The notes below the pieces were generated by a model. It had not been told where the DNA came from, made no database searches, and saw only the letters and a list, made by a program, of their open reading frames with translations. Source: Amoebidium appalachense (Eukaryota > Protista > Ichthyosporea). Taken from it: DNA of 64,000 bases. Positions 1-12,695 of the stretch are shown one piece after another. Each line of letters opens with the position of its first letter. Position 1 is the stretch's first letter. The stretch is taken from assembly GCA_963693365.1 (NCBI GenBank), contig CAVNZM010000005.1:7572710-7636709 (forward strand). Reading direction: 5' to 3'. The position numbers were made by a program, and so were the translations under genes.

Positions 1-12
1 ACACACACGCAG

Positions 13-330
13 TGAGACTCGTGGTATCCAAGAACATTGAGTATGTGCCCGAGTATGGTACGGGTGGCTCTCTCTACATCCGCCCTCTTCTGATTGGCAC
101 CGGCCCGGACATAAACCTTATGCCTTCCAACCAATATGAATTCATCGTATGCATATCCCCCCCCCCCCCCTTCCTCCCTGTCCCCCCCCCCCCCCCTCCC
201 CCCCCCCCCCCCTCCGGGGATGCGTACTCTTTAGGGGTGCCACGCAATCTGAATAGTTTTGTCAGCCGTAAATGTGTACTTTGTACTTATACATTACCCC
301 TCCACCCCCCAGCCTCCCCCCCTATAAATA

Positions 331-377
<47 letters not shown>

Positions 378-922
378 ATGTGTGTGTGTGTGCATGTGTG
401 CGTGTGTGTTAGGCCCTCTGATGCCTTCAGCAGTTGTTTTTTGGCTGTGACACCGTGTGCTGTCAGGCTGATGATATCCTTCCTCCCCCCCCCCCCCCCC
501 CCCCCTCCCCCCCTGGCCCCTCCCCCCTCCCCACCCACCCACACACCCACCCACACACCCACACACTCACTCACTTACATTCACACTCACACATCACCAC
601 CACCACCACCACCACCATCATTACAACGTCCAAGCTAGTGTTATTTCCTACCCTCTGGGGCCTACATCAACCCCGCCTCCTCTCCTTTTGCCTTTTGTTT
701 TTACCATCACTATTATCAGTGCCTAGTATTATTGTTGTTGTAGCTGCTGCTGTTATCATTATATTCATCATAAAAACATTGTTCGCTTTACTCTTATATC
801 CCGTCATTGCCTAATTGGGCACCTTCCTTTTTTGGCAGGTGTTCGTTGCGCCTGCCGGCAACTTCTACGAGGGAGGCATCAAGCCGGTTCAGGCCATGAT
901 TGTAGAGGACCACGACAGAGTG

Positions 923-990
<68 letters not shown>

Positions 991-1087
991 ACCACCACCA
1001 CCACGACCACGACCACCACTTCCCTTGAGTCTGAGCCAAGTATGGTGTGGATATCAGAAGACAGTATCCTCATCTCTGCTTCGGGGG

Positions 1088-1137
<50 letters not shown>

Positions 1138-1327
1138 TTTGGGGGGGGGGGGGGGGGAGGGGGGGGGCAGTGTTCACTGGTGACATATTTCGGTGTGTGC
1201 AGGCTGTCATTTGTCTGTGTTTATGAGTGTTGTTTCTTGACCATGTTATGACAAACCACCAACACGTGTGTGCACACCAACCAGCAGCAACCCCCCCTCC
1301 TCCCCTCCTCTCCCCTTGCTCCTCCTC

Positions 1328-1366
<39 letters not shown>

Positions 1367-2052
1367 CCCTCCCCGCCCGCCCGCCCGCCCACCCTGCACC
1401 GTCGCATGGGATCCGGTTATGTAGCATACCCTGCATAACACATCCTAACTTTTATCCCCTCCCCCCCGTTTGTTCTTGTGTACTTCGTACTTTTTGACGC
1501 ATTCAAAACCCCCCCCCTCCCCCCCCCCCCCCTCCCCCCCACCCACCCACCCACCCACCCCCTCCCCCAGGCTGCACCCAGGGGCATGGGCAGTGTAAAG
1601 GTTGCCGGCAACTATGGTGCCTGTTACAACACGAGCATCGAGGCTAAGCAAAAGGTATGCCCGTGTTTCTTTAATGTTTATTAAAGGTATGCCCGCGTTT
1701 CTTTGATGTTTCTTAAAGGCATGCCCGTGTTTCTTTAATGTTTATTAAAGGTATGCCCATGCTGTTTTTCTGTTCAAAGCAGAGAGTCTGTTCCTGGCGT
1801 TAACTGTAGAGGGACTGGTGAAGGGTTTATGTGCCGTACAGTGGGTGTGTGGGATGGAAAGTAAGGGGTCTTTATTGAACGCGAGAGAAAACTTTTCCCC
1901 TGATTCTCATCCCTTGCCATGCATCCCATCACTGCGATTCCTTCTATCGAGCCTCCACCAAGCACACAAAAGCACATATAACTCGGGGCTTTTTGGGCTA
2001 TGCATACACAAGCACACACCTTCTAACACACAAACAAATGAATATACGCGCG

Positions 2053-2132
<80 letters not shown>

Positions 2133-2325
2133 GGTTCCCCGTGACTCTCTATCTCGATGCCGCCACCCACAGTTACATCGAAGAGTTCACAAGCAGCAAT
2201 TTCTTTGCTATCAGCGCCGGTGAGACATCCTCCCCTACCCCTCCTCCCCCCCCCCCCCCCCCTCCCCTCTCCCCCCAACCCACCCACCACCAACCCCCAC
2301 ACCTAAGACAACAACACACACACAC

Positions 2326-2386
<61 letters not shown>

Positions 2387-2446
2387 CACACAACTCCCCC
2401 CTCTTTCGGTCCTTTTTGCTCTTTTGTCTTCTTGTGCATGTGTTAA

Positions 2447-2490
<44 letters not shown>

Positions 2491-2663
2491 ACACCTCCGC
2501 CACCCCTCTCTCGCCCCTCATCCACCTACTAAAAAAGGGGAGGGGGGGAAGGGGAAAAAAGCTCTTTGGTTATCTGCATTCCTAAACTCTGTTTGCCGCT
2601 TGGTGTCGTGTGTTCGTCTTCACCCCCTCCTGTATTTTCGTTTCTAACCAACCAAAATGTGTG

Positions 2664-2735
<72 letters not shown>

Positions 2736-2851
2736 TTTTTTTTCCCCCGGTAGAATACCGAATTTTACCGCTCTCTTAGTAGCACAGTTTTTGTTCTTCG
2801 TCGTTTTGGGCTGGTGTCCAGTGGTAGAGATGGTACTTTCCTTTTTCTTTT

Positions 2852-2935
<84 letters not shown>

Positions 2936-3493
2936 GGGGGGGGGGGGGGGGGAGGGGGAGGAGGGAGGGGGAAAGGTAAGATGACCGAGCAGAATGCAGA
3001 TATGCACCCCTTCCCCACCCCCCACCCAACCAAAAGGGAAAAAAAAAAAAAAAAAAGACGAAGAAGAAGAAGAAGAAATAAAGATACTTAAGGGAAAGGA
3101 AGGAAGGAAGAGGTGAAGGAACAGTACGGGAGACGGCTGTGCATCAGTCAGGAATGACTCGTACAGCGTTCTCTCTCATTTTCCCGTGTCGCCTACATGC
3201 CCTTCACCGTAATCGTGTTGCTCTGTCTCTCTTGATATCTTCCTACATTGTGCATTCCTCATGGTCTCCCCCTCCCCTCCCCCCTCCCCTCCCCTCCCTC
3301 TCTCTCTCTCTCTCTCCCTCTCTCCCCCTCCCCCCCCCCCCCCCCCCCCCCCCCCCTTTTTCATCCACCTGTGTACTTACGTAAGACAACCACCCCAGAC
3401 GGCAAGAAGTACATCACGCCTGCCTCCGAGTCCATCCTCCCCAGCATCACCAACAAGACCCTGTGTGCTCTGGCTCAAGAGATGGGTAACCTT

Positions 3494-3529
<36 letters not shown>

Positions 3530-4803
3530 TTAACCCACCACCGACACCACCACCACCACACACACACACACACACACATACACACACACACACACACAAA
3601 AGAAAAAAAGGAAAAAGAAAAAGACAGCGCTGCTGCAAGCGTGTAACCCTTTGCTCTTTTCACTGCTTCTGAAATCTGCTGCCTTTACAAGAAACTCCCT
3701 TTCATTGTACACTTCAGTTCAAGCAGGTGCGTATCATGCTAATCGTTTTGCGTAAAACGACTTCGGTTTGACCCGACCCGGAATTTTTTTTTTAAAAAAA
3801 AGAAAGTAACCTGCCTTGTTTTTGATCGGAATATTTAAGCAGACACGGTTCAACCAAATAGTTGATGTCTGAGTTTGGATTCCGTCCCTGTTTACCTTGG
3901 CCAGGAAAGTTAAACACAAACAACCTTCAAAAAAAATTCTGGGTCGGAGTTTTGCTGCGTGGTATCATTTTGGACGTTGGTGTACGTCATGCTGATAAAT
4001 TACTATATTATTATTTATGTAAATATTTAGATAAAATAAGTAAATTATTCGCTTTGCCCATATATGGTGCCAGCAAGCTCCTTTTGTAGAAAATGCACGG
4101 CCATCTTAAAGGAAATTTAGAGAAACGCCGATGTAGACGGATTAAAATAATAACCTCTTTTCCCCATTGGTTCAGGTCTTGAGGTTGAGAGTAGGCCTGT
4201 GCATGTTGATGAGTTGGAGACCTTCTCTGAGGTCGGTGCATGCGGCACGGCTGTCGTCATGACACCAGTCAGCAGACTCGTCAGGTGAGTTTTGCCCCCC
4301 CCCCCCCCCCCCCCCCCCTACCCCCCCTCGCGCCCCTCCCACCTGCTTCCCCCCCCCCCCCCCCCCCTCCCAAACACACACACGCACGGGGGGGAGTATC
4401 GACTTAGGTAGCGACGGCGGAGTTTCCTAGAATCCCCGTCTCCTGAGTTCCTATCTGTATGTTTCTTGCTCTTTTCTTACTACTGTAGCTTCAACCCCTG
4501 GCCTTCCCCACTACCCTTGCCTGTTGCCTGTTCATTGCATGAGTGACCCTGCTTGTCTCTGATCGAGAACGGGGTGATCCACTCATGTTAAAGTGAAGTA
4601 GTATCTGAGTTTGGGTGGTGGCGACGAGGTGAATGGGTTGAAACTCTGTGCTGTGGATGACTTGGGGCCCTCCCTGAGTATGGTTGTTGCTTATTATTAC
4701 ACTCTTTGTGTGGTTTGCACTCTGCACTGTGTTGTCCAGTATGAATGAATACTTCGTGCTCTATAACGCATTCTAACCCCCTCCCCCCCCCCCCCCCCCC
4801 CCC

Positions 4804-4867
<64 letters not shown>

Positions 4868-5092
4868 CCCTAACCCACACACACACACACGCACATTGTC
4901 AAGACCACCACCGCCCCCATTTCCTTTGCTCCATCCCCCCCCGCCTTTCCCCCCTCTCCCCGTCGTCTATTCCACAGGTTTTTTCTAATTGCATTTTTTT
5001 TCGCAGGGGAGACAAGGAGTACACGTTTGCAGGCACGGCCAACGGTCTTGGGCCCGTGCAGCAAAAACTTTACGACAGGATCAGGGCCATCC

Positions 5093-5138
<46 letters not shown>

Positions 5139-5180
5139 CTGTGTCTGTGTCTGTGTGTGTCTGTGATTGTTTCTGTGTCT

Positions 5181-5225
<45 letters not shown>

Positions 5226-5256
5226 GATTTGTGTGTGTGTGTGTGCGCAACGGGCA

Positions 5257-5287
<31 letters not shown>

Positions 5288-5640
5288 CTCTTAGAGAACA
5301 CGAGCCAAAAAAAAAAATCGACCGTGGAGAATAAAACTCATCATGGCATCATACTATTTGTTCCTTCGTTTCGTTCGTTTTGTTTGTGTAGGTTTTCAGT
5401 GGTGGCTAATAAGGTGGGTGGGTTGACATGTATGTTGTACTTTTTGGAGGGGTATGGAATGACAAGGGGGAGAGTGGCAGGGGAGACGGGAGGAAGTGAG
5501 GAATAAGGTGTGGAATTGGGGGGGTTCATGCCTGAAATTTCATGTGGCAAGTTGAGCACAGTCTCTGACACGGAGGGGGGGTTTTCTCACAGCTCGGGGA
5601 GGAGGAGGACAAGTTTGGCTGGACCGTGATTGTGGAGTAA
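13..5640 (+). CDS. ilvE: Branched-chain amino acid aminotransferase (PLP fold type IV, IlvE/BCAT), 5' end outside window
   Basis: GT-AG exons with consistent phases: 13-146, 839-919, 1571-1654, 2132-2219, 3399-3485, 4176-4284, 5007-5094, 5593-5640 (TAA). Translation shows hallmark motifs [27 protein letters not shown] (PLP lysine), [40 protein letters not shown] and [12 protein letters not shown]. Confidence 0.95.
218..296 (+). mobile_element. Intronic dispersed repeat, short degenerate copy (BCAT first visible intron)
   Basis: gatgcgtactcttta...atgtgtactttgtacttatacattacccc resembles the 3' part of the 10291-10394 copy; lies between C-runs. Confidence 0.55.
1405..1507 (+). mobile_element. 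Intronic dispersed repeat copy (BCAT intron)
   Basis: ccgtttgttcttgtgtacttcgtactttttgacgcattcaa is a near-exact reverse complement of 14651-14691; followed by a C-run and the CAG acceptor at 1570. Confidence 0.8.
1651..1758 (+). repeat. 32-bp tandem repeat that duplicates the splice donor
   Basis: aaaggtatgcccgtgtttctttaatgtttatt units start at 1651, 1683 and 1715, with a partial unit at 1747. Confidence 0.9.
4490..4777 (+). mobile_element. Intronic dispersed repeat, long copy (BCAT intron)
   Basis: Colinear with the reverse complements of 14651-14905 and 48362-48646; ends gcattctaa followed by a long C-run. Confidence 0.85.
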
Positions 5641-6667
5641 AACACGTTCGCGTTTTTTGCACTTACGGTCAATTTTTACCGCATTTTTCGTGCGGAGATC
5701 TCGGTGCTGAGCTATATGTCTCGGCTACTTACCGGATCCGGAATCCTCACACTGAAGATGTGTGAATCTCACTCATCAATAAAAGTGAACCGGCACTGGC
5801 AGTCATGTCACAGTGTCAATTTCCATTTTTGTAGTGTTTTTTCCGGGTTTTTTGGTGAGAGGCATGGACTCTGAGCTTGAAATACCATTGACAGACCTGG
5901 GTTATAACTACTGTGTGCAGCTGTGTTGGTGAGATTGTGTGCACGTGGTCGACAATTCACCTTTAAACGTGTGTTTCTTTTTAACGCCCAAAAATTTGTT
6001 GAAATATCCTCAGTAATATTCTGTTGGTGACGAAACTAGCCCCCCCCCCCCCCCCCCCATACACACATACACATCCGCCAACCCACCCACCCACCCAACC
6101 CCCTCCCCCTTGATGATCATGAGTGGAGAGTATTTGACAAACTATGCATGGTGTGTGTGTATGTGTGTGTGTTTGGGGGGGGGGGAGGGGGGAGGAGGAG
6201 GGGGTATTTTGTCACCAACAGTGATATCGACTGACCTGAGTGGGCCCTCCTCCCCACCACCACCACCTATCCATTGGTAACAAAAACCACGTGCACTCCC
6301 ACCGATACCACCCCTGCTACAAAACGCACACGCAGCGTCACACGAATTCATTGTTTTGCGCGGGGGCGAGGGGCCGGGAGGTTGGAAGATTCTGACTTAA
6401 CCCTTGCAATTTGAAAGAGCCCCCCTCCCCCCCCCCCCCCCACCACCACCACCAAAAGACCCCCCGCATGGGTACCGATATCGATAGTGCCGGATAAATG
6501 GGGGAGGGGGTGCACCGGGAGGGAGACCGAAACTTTAAATTAACGGAATAGGGACCACTGTCTGTGCTTCTTTCGAAATGAGAGATCGTGCACGGACAGT
6601 GATATATATCATCCGTTTCTCATGCCTGTGCGTGCGCACTTTTTGGGGGGGGTGGGAGGGGAGGGGG

Positions 6668-6749
<82 letters not shown>

Positions 6750-7446
6750 ATGTATGGGGGGAGTGGGGCGGGTCAACCATGGCCAAGTCATGAATAGTCA
6801 TATGGAATAGTCATGGGAACTATATTAGTTTCAAGTTTGTTTACACTTACCATATATAGTAGAGAAGAGATGATTCAGCGTTGATTGCATAAATATCACG
6901 CATGCCACACGCCGTGACTGTCGACAGAGCCACAGCCGAGCAAAAAAGCCTCCGTCTGTTTTTCTGTCTGTCTGTGTGCCAAACTGCCAGTTACAGGGCA
7001 AGTAACAATTGATACAGTACACGGGCAGTTAGTTGACTGTATTCACAACAGCATTTTAGCAGGTGCATAAGCTCTTCCTACTGTAAAAAGTACGCCCCTA
7101 CCCTTCCCACATTCCCCGACCCCTCACCCTCTGCCTTTCTGAATTTGCCAATGTTTACTGTTTGCCATCAGCCTGATCTTGTATGTAATAAACCGTTGAT
7201 AATCTTGTGTTTCCATGGAAGTCTTTTTTGTGTGGGGGCTTTCATGTGTTCTAACTTTGCCCGCTTCTCCTTTCTCTCTCCCGCTCCTCCCTTCCCCCCC
7301 CCTTCCCCCCCCCCCCCCCTCCCCTCTCACCCCCCCTCGCTGCATCCCCCCCTCACTCCCCCCCCCCCCCCCCCCCCCCCCCCCATCCCCTCTTCTCTCT
7401 CTGCCTCTCTTTCCCTCCCTGCCCTATTGCCCTCCGCCTATTCCCA

Positions 7447-7477
<31 letters not shown>

Positions 7478-7485
7478 TCCCCCCC

Positions 7486-7519
<34 letters not shown>

Positions 7520-7566
7520 CCCCCCTCCCCCTCCTCCTCCCCTTTTCCCCTTTACAGCATATCATC

Positions 7567-7856
7567 ATGGCCGAGGAACCCTCTGTGACGTCCTTCCGTG
7601 AGTACCTGCGGGTCAAGACGGTCCATCCCAAGCCAGACTATTTGGGCTGTGTGGAGTTTTTGCGCAAAGAGGCAAAAGCTGCCGACCTGGAGTGCAGGTG
7701 CGTGAGGGCTGAGTGGCCGGGGGGAGAAGGGGGGGGGGGGGGGGGGGGGAAGGATGAGGTGGGGGGAGGGGGATGGGGAGGATGATGGGGGGATTGTTGT
7801 GTTTGAGGATGGGGCTTGTGGCTGCAAGGAGGGACGCCGAAGAGGTGAGCAGGGGG

Positions 7857-7891
<35 letters not shown>

Positions 7892-8170
7892 GGGGGGAGG
7901 CAGAGCTTGTCAGGGGATGAGAGGGGCTCATTGCGTAGGGGGGCACAGGGGTTGTCAATTGCGGGAAAGTGAGCCCATACACATACATGCCCCAGCAATC
8001 CATAGCCCTTCTCACCAACCCACCCGTGCCTCCCTTTGCACTAAGGTCGTTGCTTTGACTTTTCTTCCATTTCTTTCACGTTACCCCTTACACATCCTTG
8101 TCCTAAGCTCTCCATGTGGTTATCAGTGTTCTTCCTAGCATCCCACTCCCCCCCCCCCCCTCCCCCAACT

Positions 8171-8255
<85 letters not shown>

Positions 8256-9665
8256 ATCCAACCTCATTTTCCAGGGTGTTTGAGTGTGTTCCAGGCAAAC
8301 CGATCGTTCTCATGACCTGGCCTGGCACGGACCCTTCTCTCCCCTCCATCCTCCTCAACAGCCACACAGACGTGGTGCCGGTGGAGGCAGAAAAGTGGTC
8401 CCATGACCCGTTCGAGGTGGGTTTCGGGCCGTAAACGTTTCGGGGGTATCTGAACCAGTAGCGGGCCAGGGGTGGGTTTAACCGACCCGTTATCGGGTCG
8501 CTGGTGGGTTTAGCGGGTCAGTATTGGTTTGGGATGGTTTCTCTGGAGCCATTGTTGGACAGGGGATGCGCTGACCGGACCATTTTCAGGTCGGGTGTGT
8601 GTGTGTGTGTGTGTGTGTGTTGGGGGGGGGGGGGGGGGGGGGGGGGGGAGGGGGAGGGGGGGGGGCACTTGAGGCCATTTTCGGGTCGGGGATGGGTTTG
8701 CCGGGCTTTTATCGGGTCGAATCCCTGTCACGCTCTGCTTCGGTGAGAAGACACCAGCTATATATTATAGGAGGCATGGCAACTCCTCCCTGGTGCAAAA
8801 GTATTATCCATTTCGGCGGTGTGTGGCTGGGTGGGTGCTCTGTCGGCCTTTGATAGACGGGTGGGCGTATGTGCCCTATCCCTCTTAGAAGGCGCAGTTG
8901 TAGACACGGATGAAAGGCCCCGGGGGGAGAGGAGGGAAGGGAGGGAGGGGGAAGGGGGGAGGTGTTCTGGATTGTATGCTAAGGGATTAGAAGAGACCCT
9001 TCCCTTTCTTCCTTTTTTCTTTTTTTTTATTATTTTTTTTCTTTTATGTGGTGTAAAAAATGGACATTCTCCTTGACGCAACCTACACACATCCATCAAA
9101 GTCTTTTCGCAAACCTGCTGGCTTACCCGACATTTTTTCCATCCCCCCCCCCCCCCCCCCCCCCCCTTTCTTCTCCTTCCTACCACCTCCTCCCCCCCTC
9201 CCCCTCCCTCCCTCCCTCACCCTGCCCAGCCCTCCTCCCTGATCTATCCTTTTCCACCCCCTTCCCCTTCTTCCCTTCTTCTTTCTTCCAATTTCAGGCA
9301 GTGAAAACAGAAGACGGAAAGATTTACGCCCGGGGGTCTCAAGACATGAAATGTGTGGGGATCCAATACCTCTATGCCGTGCGCAGGTTAAAGGACAGCG
9401 GGGTGAGGGTTAAGAGGACCCTCCACCTCTCGTGGGTGCCGGATGAGGAGATTGGGGGGCAGGATGGCATGCGGTTGTTTGTGGAGACGGAGGATTTCAA
9501 GTGAGTGTGCTAGAATCTCCTTCCTCTGAGTGAGTGTATTTAAGAACCCCCCTCCTGCTCCTACGTGTTCATGTAATGAACCCCCCCCCCCCCACACACA
9601 CACACACACACGTGCACACCGAGGTTTTTGGCGTTCTTTGTTGTACCACTTTTTTTTCTTTCTTT

Positions 9666-9696
<31 letters not shown>

Positions 9697-9776
9697 GGAG
9701 GATGGGGAAGGGTAGGGGTTTGGACTAGATTCTTGTGAGCTGACTGTTCGCACTCGGTTGCTTGTATAGTCTGTGT

Positions 9777-9830
<54 letters not shown>

Positions 9831-9921
9831 ATGGGTGTGACGTTCTTTTTCTATTTCCTGTTGATTTTCTATTACGTGTCCGTTGTTATCTGTTTTCTTT
9901 TTTTTTTTTGGTTTTTTCTCT

Positions 9922-9991
<70 letters not shown>

Positions 9992-10012
9992 CTCTTCTTG
10001 GTTTTTTTTTTT

Positions 10013-10043
<31 letters not shown>

Positions 10044-10502
10044 GGAGGGGGGGGGGAGGGAGTGAAGGCTCTGTTTCTTCTTGATCGACGCAAAACACCT
10101 TATGGTTTTTTCTTGAGAGATGGGGCGGGGAAGAGGGTAGAACGTAAGGGGGGGGGGGGGGGGGGGGGGGGGGGGAGAGAGAGAGAGGAGATTTATTCCC
10201 CATTCCATTCGACCTCCGGACGGGCCCAGACCTTCTCCTTTAGTTGTCCTTCCTTCTGACAACGGACCAAATCCCCCCCCCCCTCCCCCCTAAGGATGGG
10301 CTCTGCTTATTATGCATACTCTTTATGTATGGATAGCATTCTGCATCGTGTTATCCGTTGTTCATGTGTACTTCGTACTTTATGACGCATTCAACCCCCC
10401 CCCCCCCTTCCCCCCTCTCCCCCGTCCTGGTGTATTGTCGTGTGTGGGTTGCTTCGGGAAATGGGCACATTGGCCATATGCTAACACACAGACAAACACA
10501 AG

Positions 10503-10568
<66 letters not shown>

Positions 10569-10579
10569 CATGCATGCAT

Positions 10580-10614
<35 letters not shown>

Positions 10615-11510
10615 CACGCACGCACGCACACACACACACACACACAGGAAGCTCGACGTGGGGTTTGCCCTGGACGAGGGCCTAGCCAGCCCGTCCGAAA
10701 AATGCGCAGTTTTCATCGGCGAAAGAGCCCCCACATGGCTCAACATCGTTGCAAAGGGTCCCCCCGGGCATGCCTCACGTCTATTGGACGATACGGCCAT
10801 GGAAAAGCTATATAAGGTTATTTGCAAGTGCATGAAGTTCAGGCAGGAGCAGAGGGATCTACTGGACAAAGGCGCACTGTGAGAATCCCCTTCCTTTCCC
10901 ATCCACACACATGCACACACAGGCGCGCACACACGCACATACACACACACACACACGGCACACAACACGATGCACGTATGCGCCAATGCGCATATGCGCG
11001 ACACATTTAGCAATTGCTGAAACTTCATCACGGGGGGGAGGTGGGGGGGGTAGGAGGAGCCGGAGGGTGGGGGGGAGAGATATGCTGCTCTTCGTCTCAA
11101 AAGAAGAGGGAGAGGAGGTGGAGAGGGGGTGAGGGGGGGGAGGGGAGGGACACTACTCTTTGTCACAAAATCAGGAGAAGATATCGAGGCACTTAAGCTC
11201 AAGTTTGAAAAAAGGGTTTTGTGCGTGTCTATCATGATCCGGCAGGTATGTTAGAGTGTTTGTTAGCGGCTGTGTTGCCTCTAAACAGAGTGAGAGTGTG
11301 TGTGTGTTTTATGTGTTTGTGTGCGTGTGCGTATGCCGGTGTGTGTGGTGGGGAGGGGGGAGGGGGGGGGGGGGGGGGGGGGCGGGATATATGCCTTCAT
11401 CCCCGGCTGTTTGCTTACGGGTTGCCTGATTTTCTCTTCTTGCCGTAGGGCACGTCATTCCCGCATCCCACCTTCTAACCGGAATACTTCTTGCTGTGGG
11501 CAGTGCACTC

Positions 11511-11559
<49 letters not shown>

Positions 11560-12233
11560 CACACACACACACACACACCGTATCAAATACACACACACAT
11601 ACACACACGTACACACACACGCACTCACTCACACACACACACACACACACACACACCACCCCCCCCCCCCTCCCCCCCCCTCCCCCCTCCCCCTACCCCC
11701 CACCCCCCACACACACACGCCGTAACACACACTTACTCACACCCCCTCCCTCACACAGTCTTGGGGAGGTAACGACACTCAACGTTACCATTCTGAGCGG
11801 AGGCACCCAACACAACGTCATCCCTTCAGAAGTGAAGGTCGGGATCGACGTACGGATCCCCCCAACCACCACACTACAAGACTTCCAGAAGATGGCGGAA
11901 GGTTGGCTTGAACAGGGAACCTCCATAGAGTGGGTCGTAACCACCCAGACGTGCAAACCCACCGTTGCGGACCAATCAAATCCGTGGTGGGTTGCCTTTT
12001 ATGGTGCGTGCGAGGCGGCTGGCGTTCAATTGGACAGGCCGACGATCTTCCCCGCGGCGACGGATTCCCGGTTTTTGCGCATGTTGAATTTACCGGTTTT
12101 TGGATTTTCCCCAATGTGGAACACACCAGTGCTTCTGCACGACCATGACGAGTATCTGGAGGAGGGCCAATTCCTGAGGGGGGTGGATGTTTACGAGAAG
12201 ATTCTACCGGTACTGGCCAATCTGATCTGCTGA
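7567..12233 (+). CDS. ACY1: Aminoacylase-1 (N-acyl-L-amino-acid amidohydrolase, peptidase M20A), 393 aa
   Basis: Exons 7567-7697, 8275-8416, 9298-9500, 10648-10878, 11759-12233 (1182 nt, in frame). Motifs: [86 protein letters not shown]. Confidence 0.97.
10291..10394 (+). mobile_element. Intronic dispersed repeat copy (ACY1 intron 3)
   Basis: aggatgggctctgcttattatgcatactctttatgtatgg...tacttcgtactttatgacgcattcaa, highly similar to the reverse complement of 14651-14755; C-runs on both sides. Confidence 0.9.
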
Positions 12234-12287
12234 GAGTTTGTGTATGGAATGTGGTGCAGAATAGGCGGCTGCTCATATGTATCCTTT

Positions 12288-12332
<45 letters not shown>

Positions 12333-12664
12333 TTTAGTTAACTTTTCCCATTCTTTGTTTTTTTTTCTAGCTCGCTTTCTTTTAAATTTCGATTCTGCAC
12401 ACACACGTGCGTGCACACGCACACACATGCAATGCTAAATAAAGATCACGCCCACAGCCTCTTTTTACGGGGGTGGCCTAAATGGCGAACAATCATCTGT
12501 GTGGGGTTGGTCCTAGAAATGATGCAAGTGATATAACAAGGTGCACACGTGGCAGTAAATTTTGAGTCTGTGTGAATTGTGGCATTGCTAGGCCTAGGCA
12601 TATGCCGGATGTACAGTCAGTTAACCCCCTCCCCCCTCCGCCTCCCCTTTTCCCCCCCCCTCCC

Positions 12665-12695
<31 letters not shown>

